A stretch of 64,000 nt of DNA from positions 39,143-103,142 of the forward strand of contig JAHEGU010000006.1 in NCBI GenBank assembly GCA_024644945.1, in the 5' to 3' direction. This document shows positions 29,624 through 38,183 of this stretch, in pieces. The translations under genes and the position numbers were made by a program. Source of the stretch: Gammaproteobacteria bacterium (GTDB lineage Bacteria; Pseudomonadota; Gammaproteobacteria; Arenicellales; Poriferihabitantaceae). The notes below the pieces were generated by a model that did not search any database, was not told the origin of the DNA, and saw only the letters and a list, made by a program, of their open reading frames with translations. The stretch's first letter is position 1, and each line of letters starts with the position of its first letter.

Positions 29624-30490
29624 ATGAGCAATCTTGAAGGCGTCTGCACCCCTATATGCAGCGTATTTACAGAAGACGGCAGCCGTATCGACGAATCAGC
29701 GCAGTGTCGACATATCGATTCATTATTGGGTGCGGGTGTTCACATCATAGCTGCCTGCGGCGGCACGGGAGAATTTTCCTTTCTCACCCGCGATGAAAGG
29801 ATCAGCCTCACCGAGCTGATCGCCCGTCGAGTCAATGGCAAGGCCAAACTGCTTGTGCATGCCTCAGCGGTCATGACCGAGGAAACCATTGATTACGCGA
29901 GGCACGCGCAAGATTGCGGTGCAGATGGGCTTTTAATACTGCCGCCCTACTTTGAAGGTCCGACTCTTGCGGGTGTTCACGAGCATTATGAAAAAGTCGC
30001 TGCAGCGGTACAGATAGAAATCATGGCCTACAATATTCCAGCCCACACCGGCATTGATCTGCAACCGGAATTCGTCCAGCGGTTAATGGAAATTGACAAT
30101 ATTACCTGCATCAAGGATAGCACCGGCGACTTCATACGAATTCAGCAATTGATCAACGCGGGCATCAATGTGTTCAATGGAGCAGATCCACTAATGCTGC
30201 ATAGCCTGATGACAGGTGCACGAGGCTGTTTCTGGGGCACCTCCAACGCCATTCCAGCAGATGCCGTCAAGCTCTATCACCTTTGCCAGGACAAACAGTG
30301 GGAGCAGGCGCGACTGCTGTGGCAGAGAATATATAAGGTAAACGATTTCGTTTGGAATAACCCATTTAATCCTAGCGTCAAAGCGCTGGCAAACTTATTG
30401 GGACATGATCTGCGCCACTGTCGACGGCCTGTCCAGCCCTTATCTGACGATCAACTGGCATCTTTGAGTTCACTTGTAGACGACTTTTGA
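29624..30490 (+). CDS. DHDPS/NAL (DapA) family lyase, candidate pyrroline-4-hydroxy-2-carboxylate deaminase
   Basis: 288 aa. GGTGEF, an active-site Lys context ITCIKDSTGD, and Y in YNIP. Context includes a proline-racemase-family gene and an FAD dehydrogenase. Confidence 0.75.
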   Translation: MSNLEGVCTPICSVFTEDGSRIDESAQCRHIDSLLGAGVHIIAACGGTGEFSFLTRDERISLTELIARRVNGKAKLLVHASAVMTEETIDYARHAQDCGADGLLILPPYFEGPTLAGVHEHYEKVAAAVQIEIMAYNIPAHTGIDLQPEFVQRLMEIDNITCIKDSTGDFIRIQQLINAGINVFNGADPLMLHSLMTGARGCFWGTSNAIPADAVKLYHLCQDKQWEQARLLWQRIYKVNDFVWNNPFNPSVKALANLLGHDLRHCRRPVQPLSDDQLASLSSLVDDF

Positions 30491-30588
30491 AAGCGTGAGC
30501 AAGGCAGCGTCTCAATTCATTTTTCTTCTCGCCCGATTGTTTTTATTCATTCCTAAAGATTGCCAATTGACCTCAAAATCAGGTTGCA

Positions 30589-31827
30589 ATGACTGACCGA
30601 CCCAGTGTTCTGGTTATAGGAGCTGGGATTGTAGGCATTGCCTGCGGCATTCATCTTATAGAACGAGGGGCAGAAGTGACCCTGGTCGATCCAGAACCAC
30701 CGGGCAGTTTGACATCATCCGGGAACGCAGGGGGTCTGGGATCTACCGAGGTCATGCCAATTGGGGCACCTGGAGTAATTAAACGCATACCGGGCTGGTT
30801 ACTCGATCCTCTTGGGCCACTCTCCCTACGGTGGCGGCACTTACCTTCTATGTTGCCGTGGCTGTTGCATTTTCACCGCGCAAGCGGAAGACACGAGGTT
30901 GAAAGAATTTCAAAAGGCCTGTCTAGCCTGCTCAGGCGGTCCATGCAGGACACCCGCGAGCTTGTTCATCGCGCAAATCTGCAGAACTTGATCACCGAAA
31001 GAGGCGCGATTACGGTCTATGAAAACGAAAAAAGTCGCCAGCTAGATGCGCTTGAATGGCAAATAAAAAGGGAGCGTGGGATTATTGTGGAAGCGCTCGA
31101 TGCTGCCAGCATCAAACAAATGGAGCCGGCATTGCATAATGTGTCCTGTGGTTACTTCACACCCCAGTGGTGCAACACTACGAGTCCAATCAGATTGGCT
31201 GAATCTTTAGCATCCTTTCTGCATTCAATGGGGGCGAAGTTTGTTAGAGGTCGTGTTGACGCGTTTCAAGAAGATGATCCGTTGCGTCCCGTTATGCTCA
31301 ACAGCACGGTTAGCAGCTGGGATAAAGTAATTGTGGCGGCAGGAGTCTGGTCGGCAGAGTTGTGTCACCTGCTCAACGAGTCCGTGCTGCTGGAGTCAGA
31401 ACGAGGATACAACACTACTCTTTCTGATCCTGGGATTAACCTGAATCGTCAGATTATTTTTGGCGATCGTAAGTTCGTGGCCACGGAAATTGAGGAAGGT
31501 CTGCGGATTGGCGGTGCTGCTGAGTTTGCGGGAATTTATGCGCCACCGGACTATCGACGCAGCGAGCGTTTACTAGAGATTGCCAAAACCTATTTACCAG
31601 ATCTCAATATTTCTGATGGCAAAAGCTGGATGGGTCATCGTCCGTCAACACCAGACTCACTTCCAGTGATCAGCAAGTCAATTCGACACCCAGAGCTTTA
31701 TTACGCTTTTGGACATGGACACATAGGGCTGACCACCGCAGCGACTACCGGACATCTGATAGCGCAACTCTCTATGGGAGAAAAACCTGATATTGATCTT
31801 TCTCCATATTCTATCGGCAGGTTTTAG
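30589..31827 (+). CDS. FAD-dependent oxidoreductase (DAO/DadA family), candidate D-hydroxyproline/D-amino-acid dehydrogenase
   Basis: 412 aa. N-terminal VLVIGAGIVGIACGIHL...VTLVD dinucleotide fold and C-terminal FGHGHIGLT. Confidence 0.8.
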   Translation: MTDRPSVLVIGAGIVGIACGIHLIERGAEVTLVDPEPPGSLTSSGNAGGLGSTEVMPIGAPGVIKRIPGWLLDPLGPLSLRWRHLPSMLPWLLHFHRASGRHEVERISKGLSSLLRRSMQDTRELVHRANLQNLITERGAITVYENEKSRQLDALEWQIKRERGIIVEALDAASIKQMEPALHNVSCGYFTPQWCNTTSPIRLAESLASFLHSMGAKFVRGRVDAFQEDDPLRPVMLNSTVSSWDKVIVAAGVWSAELCHLLNESVLLESERGYNTTLSDPGINLNRQIIFGDRKFVATEIEEGLRIGGAAEFAGIYAPPDYRRSERLLEIAKTYLPDLNISDGKSWMGHRPSTPDSLPVISKSIRHPELYYAFGHGHIGLTTAATTGHLIAQLSMGEKPDIDLSPYSIGRF

Positions 31828-32005
31828 AGCCCCTCTCTTTAAAGGACATTGCATCGGCTATCGCTGACATATCAAAACGAATGCGAGAATTTGATTTTTA
31901 CTGTGCACCCTGGATGGTGACGTCTTTAACTTGCCCTCGTTTTCAAGTTGCCAGGAAAATTCGGCTTTTAACAATACGGCAATGGATCTGATTGCGATCC
32001 TTGTT

Positions 32006-32317
32006 CTATTTTCGACTTGCTTCCTTTTCTTCGACCTTAACTACTGCGTCAATTTTACGTACGATACATCTTGTTCCCTTTATTCTTGACCACTGTTCTT
32101 TTCTTGGAGCACGGTCATACATTGGTATGGGCGTTTCCAGATGTTTGCTATGGGCGATACCGGCTTCCGTCATTTCGGGGAAGTCGGGTTGCATAAATCC
32201 TTTGGGATATTTCTGATCGCGAATACTCTCCCGCAAAGTACAGACTTCCAATTTATTGCTTTTTGTCTCTTTCTTCACGGTCACTTCTTCTTTACTGCAG
32301 CTTTGAAACTGAAACAT
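32006..32317 (-). CDS. orphan hypothetical protein (P2), lysine-rich
   Basis: 103 aa if started at the ATG at 32317, in the +1 frame relative to P1 and overlapping its 3' end by 26 nt. Weak RBS. I recognise no family, and the coding status is uncertain. Confidence 0.3.
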   Translation of the reverse strand: MFQFQSCSKEEVTVKKETKSNKLEVCTLRESIRDQKYPKGFMQPDFPEMTEAGIAHSKHLETPIPMYDRAPRKEQWSRIKGTRCIVRKIDAVVKVEEKEASRK

Positions 32318-32663
32318 CCATCTCAGCAAGTGTAGGAACATGCTTCCACGCAATCTCTGATAAAACCGGACCTTCTGATTCGGTAACCAGTCGGGGCTTC
32401 TGTGCCAATGCCAGCCGAACAAGTTTGCGGGTCAGCAGGTAAAGTTCTATCTTGCTTAAAGGTCTACTCGCGACTGCCGCACGAGCGTCGAACAAAAGTT
32501 CGCTCGTTCCGTACCGAGCGTCGAGATCGTCCAGCATCGAGAGGAATTGGTCTTTAGAGCTTGCGTCCGCTTTCTCCATTGCAGGGAAATCCAGCTCGTT
32601 CACCACGGAGCAGGAAAGTTTGGCGAGGTCGCGTATGTCTTGTTTTTTTATCGGTTGGTTCAT
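32292..32663 (-). CDS. orphan hypothetical protein (P1)
   Basis: 123-aa ORF with an ATG start inside an AT-rich 1.3-kb insert. I recognise no family. Confidence 0.4.
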   Translation of the reverse strand: MNQPIKKQDIRDLAKLSCSVVNELDFPAMEKADASSKDQFLSMLDDLDARYGTSELLFDARAAVASRPLSKIELYLLTRKLVRLALAQKPRLVTESEGPVLSEIAWKHVPTLAEMDVSVSKLQ

Positions 32664-32742
32664 CGTTTTATTCTCATTGAGCTATCCGTAATGGACGTTT
32701 TATATTGTCAGCCTCTATCTTCTGAGGGATGCCTGGTGTGGT

Positions 32743-32797
32743 AAAAGAAAGGGAGGGCTCGTTAACATCAACCGAGGTCTATGCAACGAGTCCCTCC
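32743..32797 (-). terminator. orphan intrinsic-terminator-like hairpin (12 bp stem with 1-nt bulge, 21-nt loop, TTTCTTTT tail) upstream of P1
   Basis: On the minus strand, GGAGGGACTCGTT (32797-32785) pairs with AACGAGCCCTCC (32763-32752), followed by C TTTCTTTT (32751-32743). No minus-strand gene lies immediately upstream. Confidence 0.45.
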
Positions 32798-33126
32798 TTA
32801 CAAGCACCACTCTCACCACAAGAATCTTAGGTACCGCCTTTCCCAGGCTTCACTCTCTGAATTTTACGAAGCAAGAAGCGTACCAACTATTTTTATAAGC
32901 CTAGATATAAGTCGATTTCTCTCTCTATATTATTGTTTTATATATACTAAATAGATTTTATAATAGGAGTAAAATTTTACCGTACTAACCCATTGTTCAC
33001 CTGATCGGACCTGACAACTCGCGATACCCATGTGATAATTTTTGTCACTTCACGCCCTCCAGTAAGGGTCAATGCGCCCAAACTTGCGCTTGCCCATCAC
33101 TTTGGCAACAGGGTTTAATAGATGCC

Positions 33127-34128
33127 ATGGTGAACAATACCTTCGAGTGTATCGACGCCCACACGTGCGGTAATCCCGTCCGGGTCGTTATTGGCAATGG
33201 TCCTGTACTAGAAGGCAAAGATATGAGCACTCGACGCCAGCATTTTCTGCGCGAATTTGACTGGATTCGCACTGGACTTATGTTTGAGCCCAGAGGACAC
33301 GATGCGATGTCAGGCTCGATTGTTTACCCCCCGGTTACCTCGGATGGGGATTTATCGGTGCTGTTTATAGAGGTGAGCGGTTGCCTGCCAATGTGTGGGC
33401 ACGGCACCATCGGCACCGTTACTGTCGCGCTTGAGCGTGGTCTGGTTGCACCTCGAAGACCAGGCAATCTGCTGCTGGACACCCCAGCTGGTCGGATCGT
33501 GGCAAGATACCAAATCGAAGACGAATACGTTTCGTCCGTATCACTCACCAATGTGCCCTCATTTTGTCATACCGTTGGCGCACGGGTCAGGGTACCGGAC
33601 ATGGGAGAGCTTAAAATGGATATCTGCTACGGCGGGAATTTTTACGCCATCATCGAACCTCAAGACGGTTATGAAGATTTGAACCGGTTATCTGTAGATG
33701 ATATCCGCCGTCTGAGCCCCTTGATTCGAACTCAACTTAACCAGGCATTTGAAGTCAATCATCCGCAGGACAATACGATAAGCAGAGTCAGCCACATTAT
33801 GTGGACCGGCAAAGCGGTAAATTCCTCATCAAGCGCGCGCAATGCGGTTTTCTATGGTGACAGAGGCATCGATCGATCTCCCTGCGGCACCGGCACTTCG
33901 GCTCGCATGGCCCAGCTGGTTGCACGCGGAGAGCTTGGGATCAACCAGCCATTTATTCATGAGAGCATCATCGGCAGCCAATTTACCGGGTATGCGATTG
34001 AGCATGTAAAAGTGGATCAATACGATGCCATCGTGCCAACAATTTCAGGTTGGGCCAGGATCACAGGTGAGAATAAAATTATCATCGACACCCGTGATCC
34101 CTATGCACATGGTTTCCTGCTGACCTGA
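33127..34128 (+). CDS. proline racemase family enzyme, Cys/Cys type (4-hydroxyproline 2-epimerase or proline racemase)
   Basis: 333 aa. AHTCGNPVRVV N-terminus. Both catalytic cysteines are present (LPMCGHGTIG and DRSPCGTGTSA). Confidence 0.85.
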   Translation: MVNNTFECIDAHTCGNPVRVVIGNGPVLEGKDMSTRRQHFLREFDWIRTGLMFEPRGHDAMSGSIVYPPVTSDGDLSVLFIEVSGCLPMCGHGTIGTVTVALERGLVAPRRPGNLLLDTPAGRIVARYQIEDEYVSSVSLTNVPSFCHTVGARVRVPDMGELKMDICYGGNFYAIIEPQDGYEDLNRLSVDDIRRLSPLIRTQLNQAFEVNHPQDNTISRVSHIMWTGKAVNSSSSARNAVFYGDRGIDRSPCGTGTSARMAQLVARGELGINQPFIHESIIGSQFTGYAIEHVKVDQYDAIVPTISGWARITGENKIIIDTRDPYAHGFLLT

Positions 34129-34135
34129 GTAGGAA

Positions 34136-34657
34136 TTAATCGCTGGAATCGGACTTTTTCATATGCGAAGAGTGGTCCATACTTGATTCGCTTCTGTCCT
34201 CAACCTGCACTACGACATCGAGCTTACCGGCGCTTTCAAATTCCAGTGTCAGGTCATATTCTGTCCCCTCCTTGAGTGCGCTGGTCAGTCCCAGCAACAT
34301 CACATGCAGTCCGCCAGGGTGAAACTTAACCACTTCACCTGGAGGCAGCTCGGCACCCTGCTCAAGGTGCACCATTTTCATCAGCCCGTCTTGATTGACG
34401 TGGGTATGGACTTGAACGTTTTCGGCAACTTCCGAGGTTGCACCAAGCAAACGCTCCGACTTCGCACCATTGTTGTGAATAGTCAGATAGGCAGCGCCAT
34501 TTACTGATACCTCCGGAAGTGGACGAGACCAGATATCAGTCACCGTCAGGTCTCCAACAGGGTAACTCTCGGCGTAGGAGAAGGATGACACGGTGAAAAA
34601 TAATATTACTAACGTAACATTTTTTGATTTTGAAACTAGGTTCATTGAAATTCTCAT
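34136..34657 (-). CDS. periplasmic copper chaperone PCu(A)C (DUF461)
   Basis: 173 aa. Signal peptide, and H/M copper motifs (HTHVNQDGLMKM ... GGLHVML) as in the PCuAC family. Confidence 0.8.
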   Translation of the reverse strand: MRISMNLVSKSKNVTLVILFFTVSSFSYAESYPVGDLTVTDIWSRPLPEVSVNGAAYLTIHNNGAKSERLLGATSEVAENVQVHTHVNQDGLMKMVHLEQGAELPPGEVVKFHPGGLHVMLLGLTSALKEGTEYDLTLEFESAGKLDVVVQVEDRSESSMDHSSHMKKSDSSD

Positions 34658-34810
34658 TAAAAATTAGGCACTACGCCGCTGCCACGGCTGGACGACCAGA
34701 AAGAACACTGAGCTAAACAACTAAGCAGCGGATTTATAGATAATTAAGGGATACCGCACACAGCCGGCGGACGCATAAAAGGGCAGAATTGAAAGCAGTA
34801 TAGGCTGCCA

Positions 34811-35218
34811 TCAAATAGGCCCCTGAAACAAGAAGCCGTAAGGTGGCGCCCTTGACCAGAAGTTGACACGCGACCTGTAAACAGGGACCAATACCGATAC
34901 CGCCGTAGTCATCTCGCCCGCACTAGAGCTAACGGAGAATTCAGTGATGCCTGGGTTAATGCCTGTATCGAGTTCGTCTGCACTGGATAGCGCATGACAC
35001 ACAGGGCATAACAAATTAACAAGTTGCAGACTGTTCTGCTCACCTGTGGGACCACAATTAACGCCTTGAGTGAGGCTGGAATCGGTCACAACACCCGAAA
35101 TCGGGCTCTGCATTATAGCGCCGTGTGCCAGGCCCAATCCCAGGCGAAACATGATCGCAAGCATCACGAATGATGCAATACTGACTCTGCGCCGGTTGGC
35201 TCTCAATAGTGGAAGCAA
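34811..35218 (-). CDS. small secreted/membrane protein, possibly DUF2946-like
   Basis: 135 aa with an N-terminal hydrophobic segment and LCPVCH. DUF2946-type proteins often accompany PCuAC genes, but that is recalled rather than verified. TTG start uncertain. Confidence 0.3.
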   Translation of the reverse strand: MLPLLRANRRRVSIASFVMLAIMFRLGLGLAHGAIMQSPISGVVTDSSLTQGVNCGPTGEQNSLQLVNLLCPVCHALSSADELDTGINPGITEFSVSSSAGEMTTAVSVLVPVYRSRVNFWSRAPPYGFLFQGPI

Positions 35219-35297
35219 AATGAATGGCCGTTAGGAAAGAGACTCACAATTATATTGCAAATCCATTGATTCGCAGTGAATACGTTAGCATTAGGTT

Positions 35298-36344
35298 CTA
35301 GTTGTCGGCTGCGGCTGATGCTTTTTGAAGGCTCAGTATTATCGGCACGAGGATAGTCAGAAATAACAGTCTTATTACATGGTGTACTGCCACAAAACTT
35401 GGATCGACTTCCAGTAAAACCGCCATAGCCGCCATGGTTTCCACCCCACCAGGCGCAAACGCAATTAAAATGTGATTGATGGGCAGCCCAAGTATTTGTG
35501 CAGCAATAAAGGATGCCAGCACTGAAATCACTGCAGCAATTGTGGTAACCACAAGGCCCGCTGCAAGCGACTGTCGCAGTGCTGAAGTGGTAATGCCGCT
35601 GAATCGAGTGCCAATTAATGTCCCCATCACTAAAAACGCGGAAACTGACAGCCACGCCGGTAAATCTCCAGTGGTGTGGTTGTTAACGTGAGCAAAAGTC
35701 GATACCAGCATGCCGCCCAACAGGAACGCGGCTGGAATCCTAAACCGTTTAAATCCCCATCCTATCAATACCGATAACAGCACCACGACTAGAATATGTG
35801 TCCATGGCATCAGTAATGGAAGACGTCCCAAAGCCACCGCAGTATCGCCACCAATGACCACAAACATCAGAGGCACCAACATTGTCAGAAACAGCACCCT
35901 CAGACTCTGCACAATACTGACTCGCTGGACATCAGCCTTAGTATCGGCGCTCAATCCCAGGATGTAGCTGAAGTGACCTGGGGACGATGCAAGCACCGCT
36001 GAGACACGGTCGAAACCAAACAAATGTTTAAGAGTCCATGTACTGACAATTAAAATCGAAAGCAAAGAGACAAGCAGGGTAATAATTCCGAGCGGCCACT
36101 TTGACGCCGATTCGACCACTTGCAGGGTCACCCCTGAACCCATCCCGATTCCGATCAAAATGAAGCACGTGTCTCTCAACCAGACCGGCACCAGCAGCCC
36201 AAATCCGTACACACCAGCAAGTGAAACCGCCAGCGCTGGTCCAGTTAGAAATGGTGCTGGAAGTCCCAACAAATAACCGCCGACGGCACCAATGACGCCG
36301 AAGCAGAGCGCAATAACCGTCGCCTTCGTATTGTTGGTTAACAC
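35298..36344 (-). CDS. AbrB-duplication family integral membrane protein (PF05145-like)
   Basis: 348 aa, about 10 TM segments, internal duplication, and a size identical to E. coli AbrB-type membrane proteins. GTG start preceded by AAGGA. Confidence 0.6.
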   Translation of the reverse strand: MLTNNTKATVIALCFGVIGAVGGYLLGLPAPFLTGPALAVSLAGVYGFGLLVPVWLRDTCFILIGIGMGSGVTLQVVESASKWPLGIITLLVSLLSILIVSTWTLKHLFGFDRVSAVLASSPGHFSYILGLSADTKADVQRVSIVQSLRVLFLTMLVPLMFVVIGGDTAVALGRLPLLMPWTHILVVVLLSVLIGWGFKRFRIPAAFLLGGMLVSTFAHVNNHTTGDLPAWLSVSAFLVMGTLIGTRFSGITTSALRQSLAAGLVVTTIAAVISVLASFIAAQILGLPINHILIAFAPGGVETMAAMAVLLEVDPSFVAVHHVIRLLFLTILVPIILSLQKASAAADN

Positions 36345-36421
36345 TGATCCTTATGAAATTGAAAAAAGCAGATTAAGCTGGCATTGCACTAAGATCAAAT
36401 GCACGGTATCGATGTCGACAC

Positions 36422-36883
36422 CTATCCGCTCGAACTGAACACAAGCACGGACATGCCTGCGAAGGTGAGTCCGACGCCTATCCATTGTCCAGGATTCAGC
36501 GTTTCTCTGAACAAGAAACTGGATACGACCAAAGCAATAACAATAGTGCCACCAACAATGAATGGTATCGCAGCACTAGCGGCAATAGGCTTCTCTCCGC
36601 CAACGCCTCGGAAAAGATAAAAATACATTACTTCGGCGAGACCGATACATAGACCTGCGGTAACCGCCCAGAAATAGGCTCGTCCTGGCAGTGCAACAGT
36701 AATCTGCTGGCGCGACAAGTAAACAAGATAAATCAGCGAAACCGACAGTGCCGCAAGCTGCAGACTTACCGTCGCCAGTATCGGGGTAGTAGACGTACCA
36801 GAGTAGCTACTGGATAATTTAACCAAAAGATTGTAGGCCGCGTAGCAGGCGGTAATCAGGAACAGGAGAACAAGTGTCTGCAT
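36422..36883 (-). CDS. small DMT-superfamily (EamA-like) membrane protein
   Basis: 153 aa from the ATG at 36883, with five predicted TM segments and EamA-like composition. Confidence 0.5.
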   Translation of the reverse strand: MQTLVLLFLITACYAAYNLLVKLSSSYSGTSTTPILATVSLQLAALSVSLIYLVYLSRQQITVALPGRAYFWAVTAGLCIGLAEVMYFYLFRGVGGEKPIAASAAIPFIVGGTIVIALVVSSFLFRETLNPGQWIGVGLTFAGMSVLVFSSSG

Positions 36884-36998
36884 CAGATCGCTCGGAAATA
36901 TTGATGGACTGATTTTATCAGCCCGAACCCGCAATCTCAGGTCAACGGGTCAACGATTACTGCGGGGGCAGTAAGAATTGTTCTGCTGCAGCCACTAA

Positions 36999-38183
36999 TC
37001 AGTCCAGGCCCAGTCCGAGCTCAGCGGCCATTCGCGGATCCGGTTCGAGTAACAGATGAAAACGACGATCAACCCTGAAATCTATGATCACATCGGGCTG
37101 ATACTGCTCGATAAATGACTTCATGCCAAATAGATCGTAAGACGGCATATAAACAACCTCATTGAAACTTTCATTCAGGAACTGTTTGAGAAATTGTCCA
37201 AACGAATCATGTATTACAACCGCTTTACGCGACTTCCCAGGGCATCCATTGGCTTCAGGTAACCGTTTGGGTATTTCACGATAAGCCTGAGTCTGTGCAA
37301 ACGATTCCAGCACACGGTATTCATCACTGGAGCAAGGTTCGAGCAAATACAGTGCCTCTGCCGGTTCGGTCAGGTCAGTCGGCAGTCCCGAAGCCTGCGC
37401 AATATCACCTTTTTTGTTTTTTGCTTTACGCGCGAATTGTGTCAATGGCAGCGGCGCAATATCAGGAAACCATTTCCTGAGATCTTGCATTACAGCAGCA
37501 TACACCTGATATGCCCCGTGATCGTTCCAGTGTGTATCGGTGCGAAAAAACATCGGACCTTGGGTCTTTGATTCAAGCAAAACCCTATAAGCATCAACTA
37601 AGAACTCGTTTTCAGGTAACGCAGACAGATACTCACGAAATGCCTGAAGCCGAGTGGTTCCTGCCACCTTCCTGACACGATCGGGCAAATATTCTGAGTA
37701 CACCGACATTTTCCCGGGAATCGGCACCAGAAGGTACTGAACCCCTAAACTTTCCAGCCACAATTGCTTGAACCGCAAAGCCTGTTCCCAGCGCTGCATT
37801 TGATTTCTGGTCGGATGATATTCACCAATAAAATCCCTTAACGACCCATCTATGCTGTAATAGCGCCAGCCTTCGCGACCGATGATCACTCTGTCTGAGA
37901 TTGATTTGTTAAACAGAGATTCTCTGGACCACCGGGCCGCATTCAGTATTTCGCTGCGCAGGCCAAAATGATCTCTAAAATAATTGTTGTACTCGCGCTG
38001 GTAGTCGCCACTCCAGAGCGCCCGCAACTCGAAAGTTGGCTTAGCGGCGAGTCGTCTTTTCTCGCGCCCGGAGATCTCCGCCTGATGCCCGCTGAGCATT
38101 ACGAGCAATGGAATAAAAAGCGCCAGCACAACCAGGCCGCTCATAACCTTGTCAGCCCATTTTATTGATACCGGACGCTGCAT
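36999..38183 (-). CDS. AlgJ/AlgX-type SGNH-like O-acyltransferase partner protein
   Basis: 394 aa. N-terminal membrane anchor and signature FFRTDTHWNDHGAY. The ATG overlaps the MBOAT stop (TGATG). Confidence 0.7.
   Translation of the reverse strand: MQRPVSIKWADKVMSGLVVLALFIPLLVMLSGHQAEISGREKRRLAAKPTFELRALWSGDYQREYNNYFRDHFGLRSEILNAARWSRESLFNKSISDRVIIGREGWRYYSIDGSLRDFIGEYHPTRNQMQRWEQALRFKQLWLESLGVQYLLVPIPGKMSVYSEYLPDRVRKVAGTTRLQAFREYLSALPENEFLVDAYRVLLESKTQGPMFFRTDTHWNDHGAYQVYAAVMQDLRKWFPDIAPLPLTQFARKAKNKKGDIAQASGLPTDLTEPAEALYLLEPCSSDEYRVLESFAQTQAYREIPKRLPEANGCPGKSRKAVVIHDSFGQFLKQFLNESFNEVVYMPSYDLFGMKSFIEQYQPDVIIDFRVDRRFHLLLEPDPRMAAELGLGLD

Noticed and set aside
32292-32340. P1 and P2 as one gene interrupted by a frameshift or using programmed frameshifting
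   Set aside because: Joining the frames needs a +1 shift. The overlap (gatgtttcagtttcaaagctgcagtaa) contains no recognisable slippery or +1 shift-prone site. They are kept as two ORFs with low confidence.
33031-33048. TGTGA ... GTCAC element upstream of the proline-racemase-family gene, considered as a CRP/Vfr site
   Set aside because: The half-sites are separated by 9-10 nt rather than the 6 nt of the TGTGA-N6-TCACA consensus.
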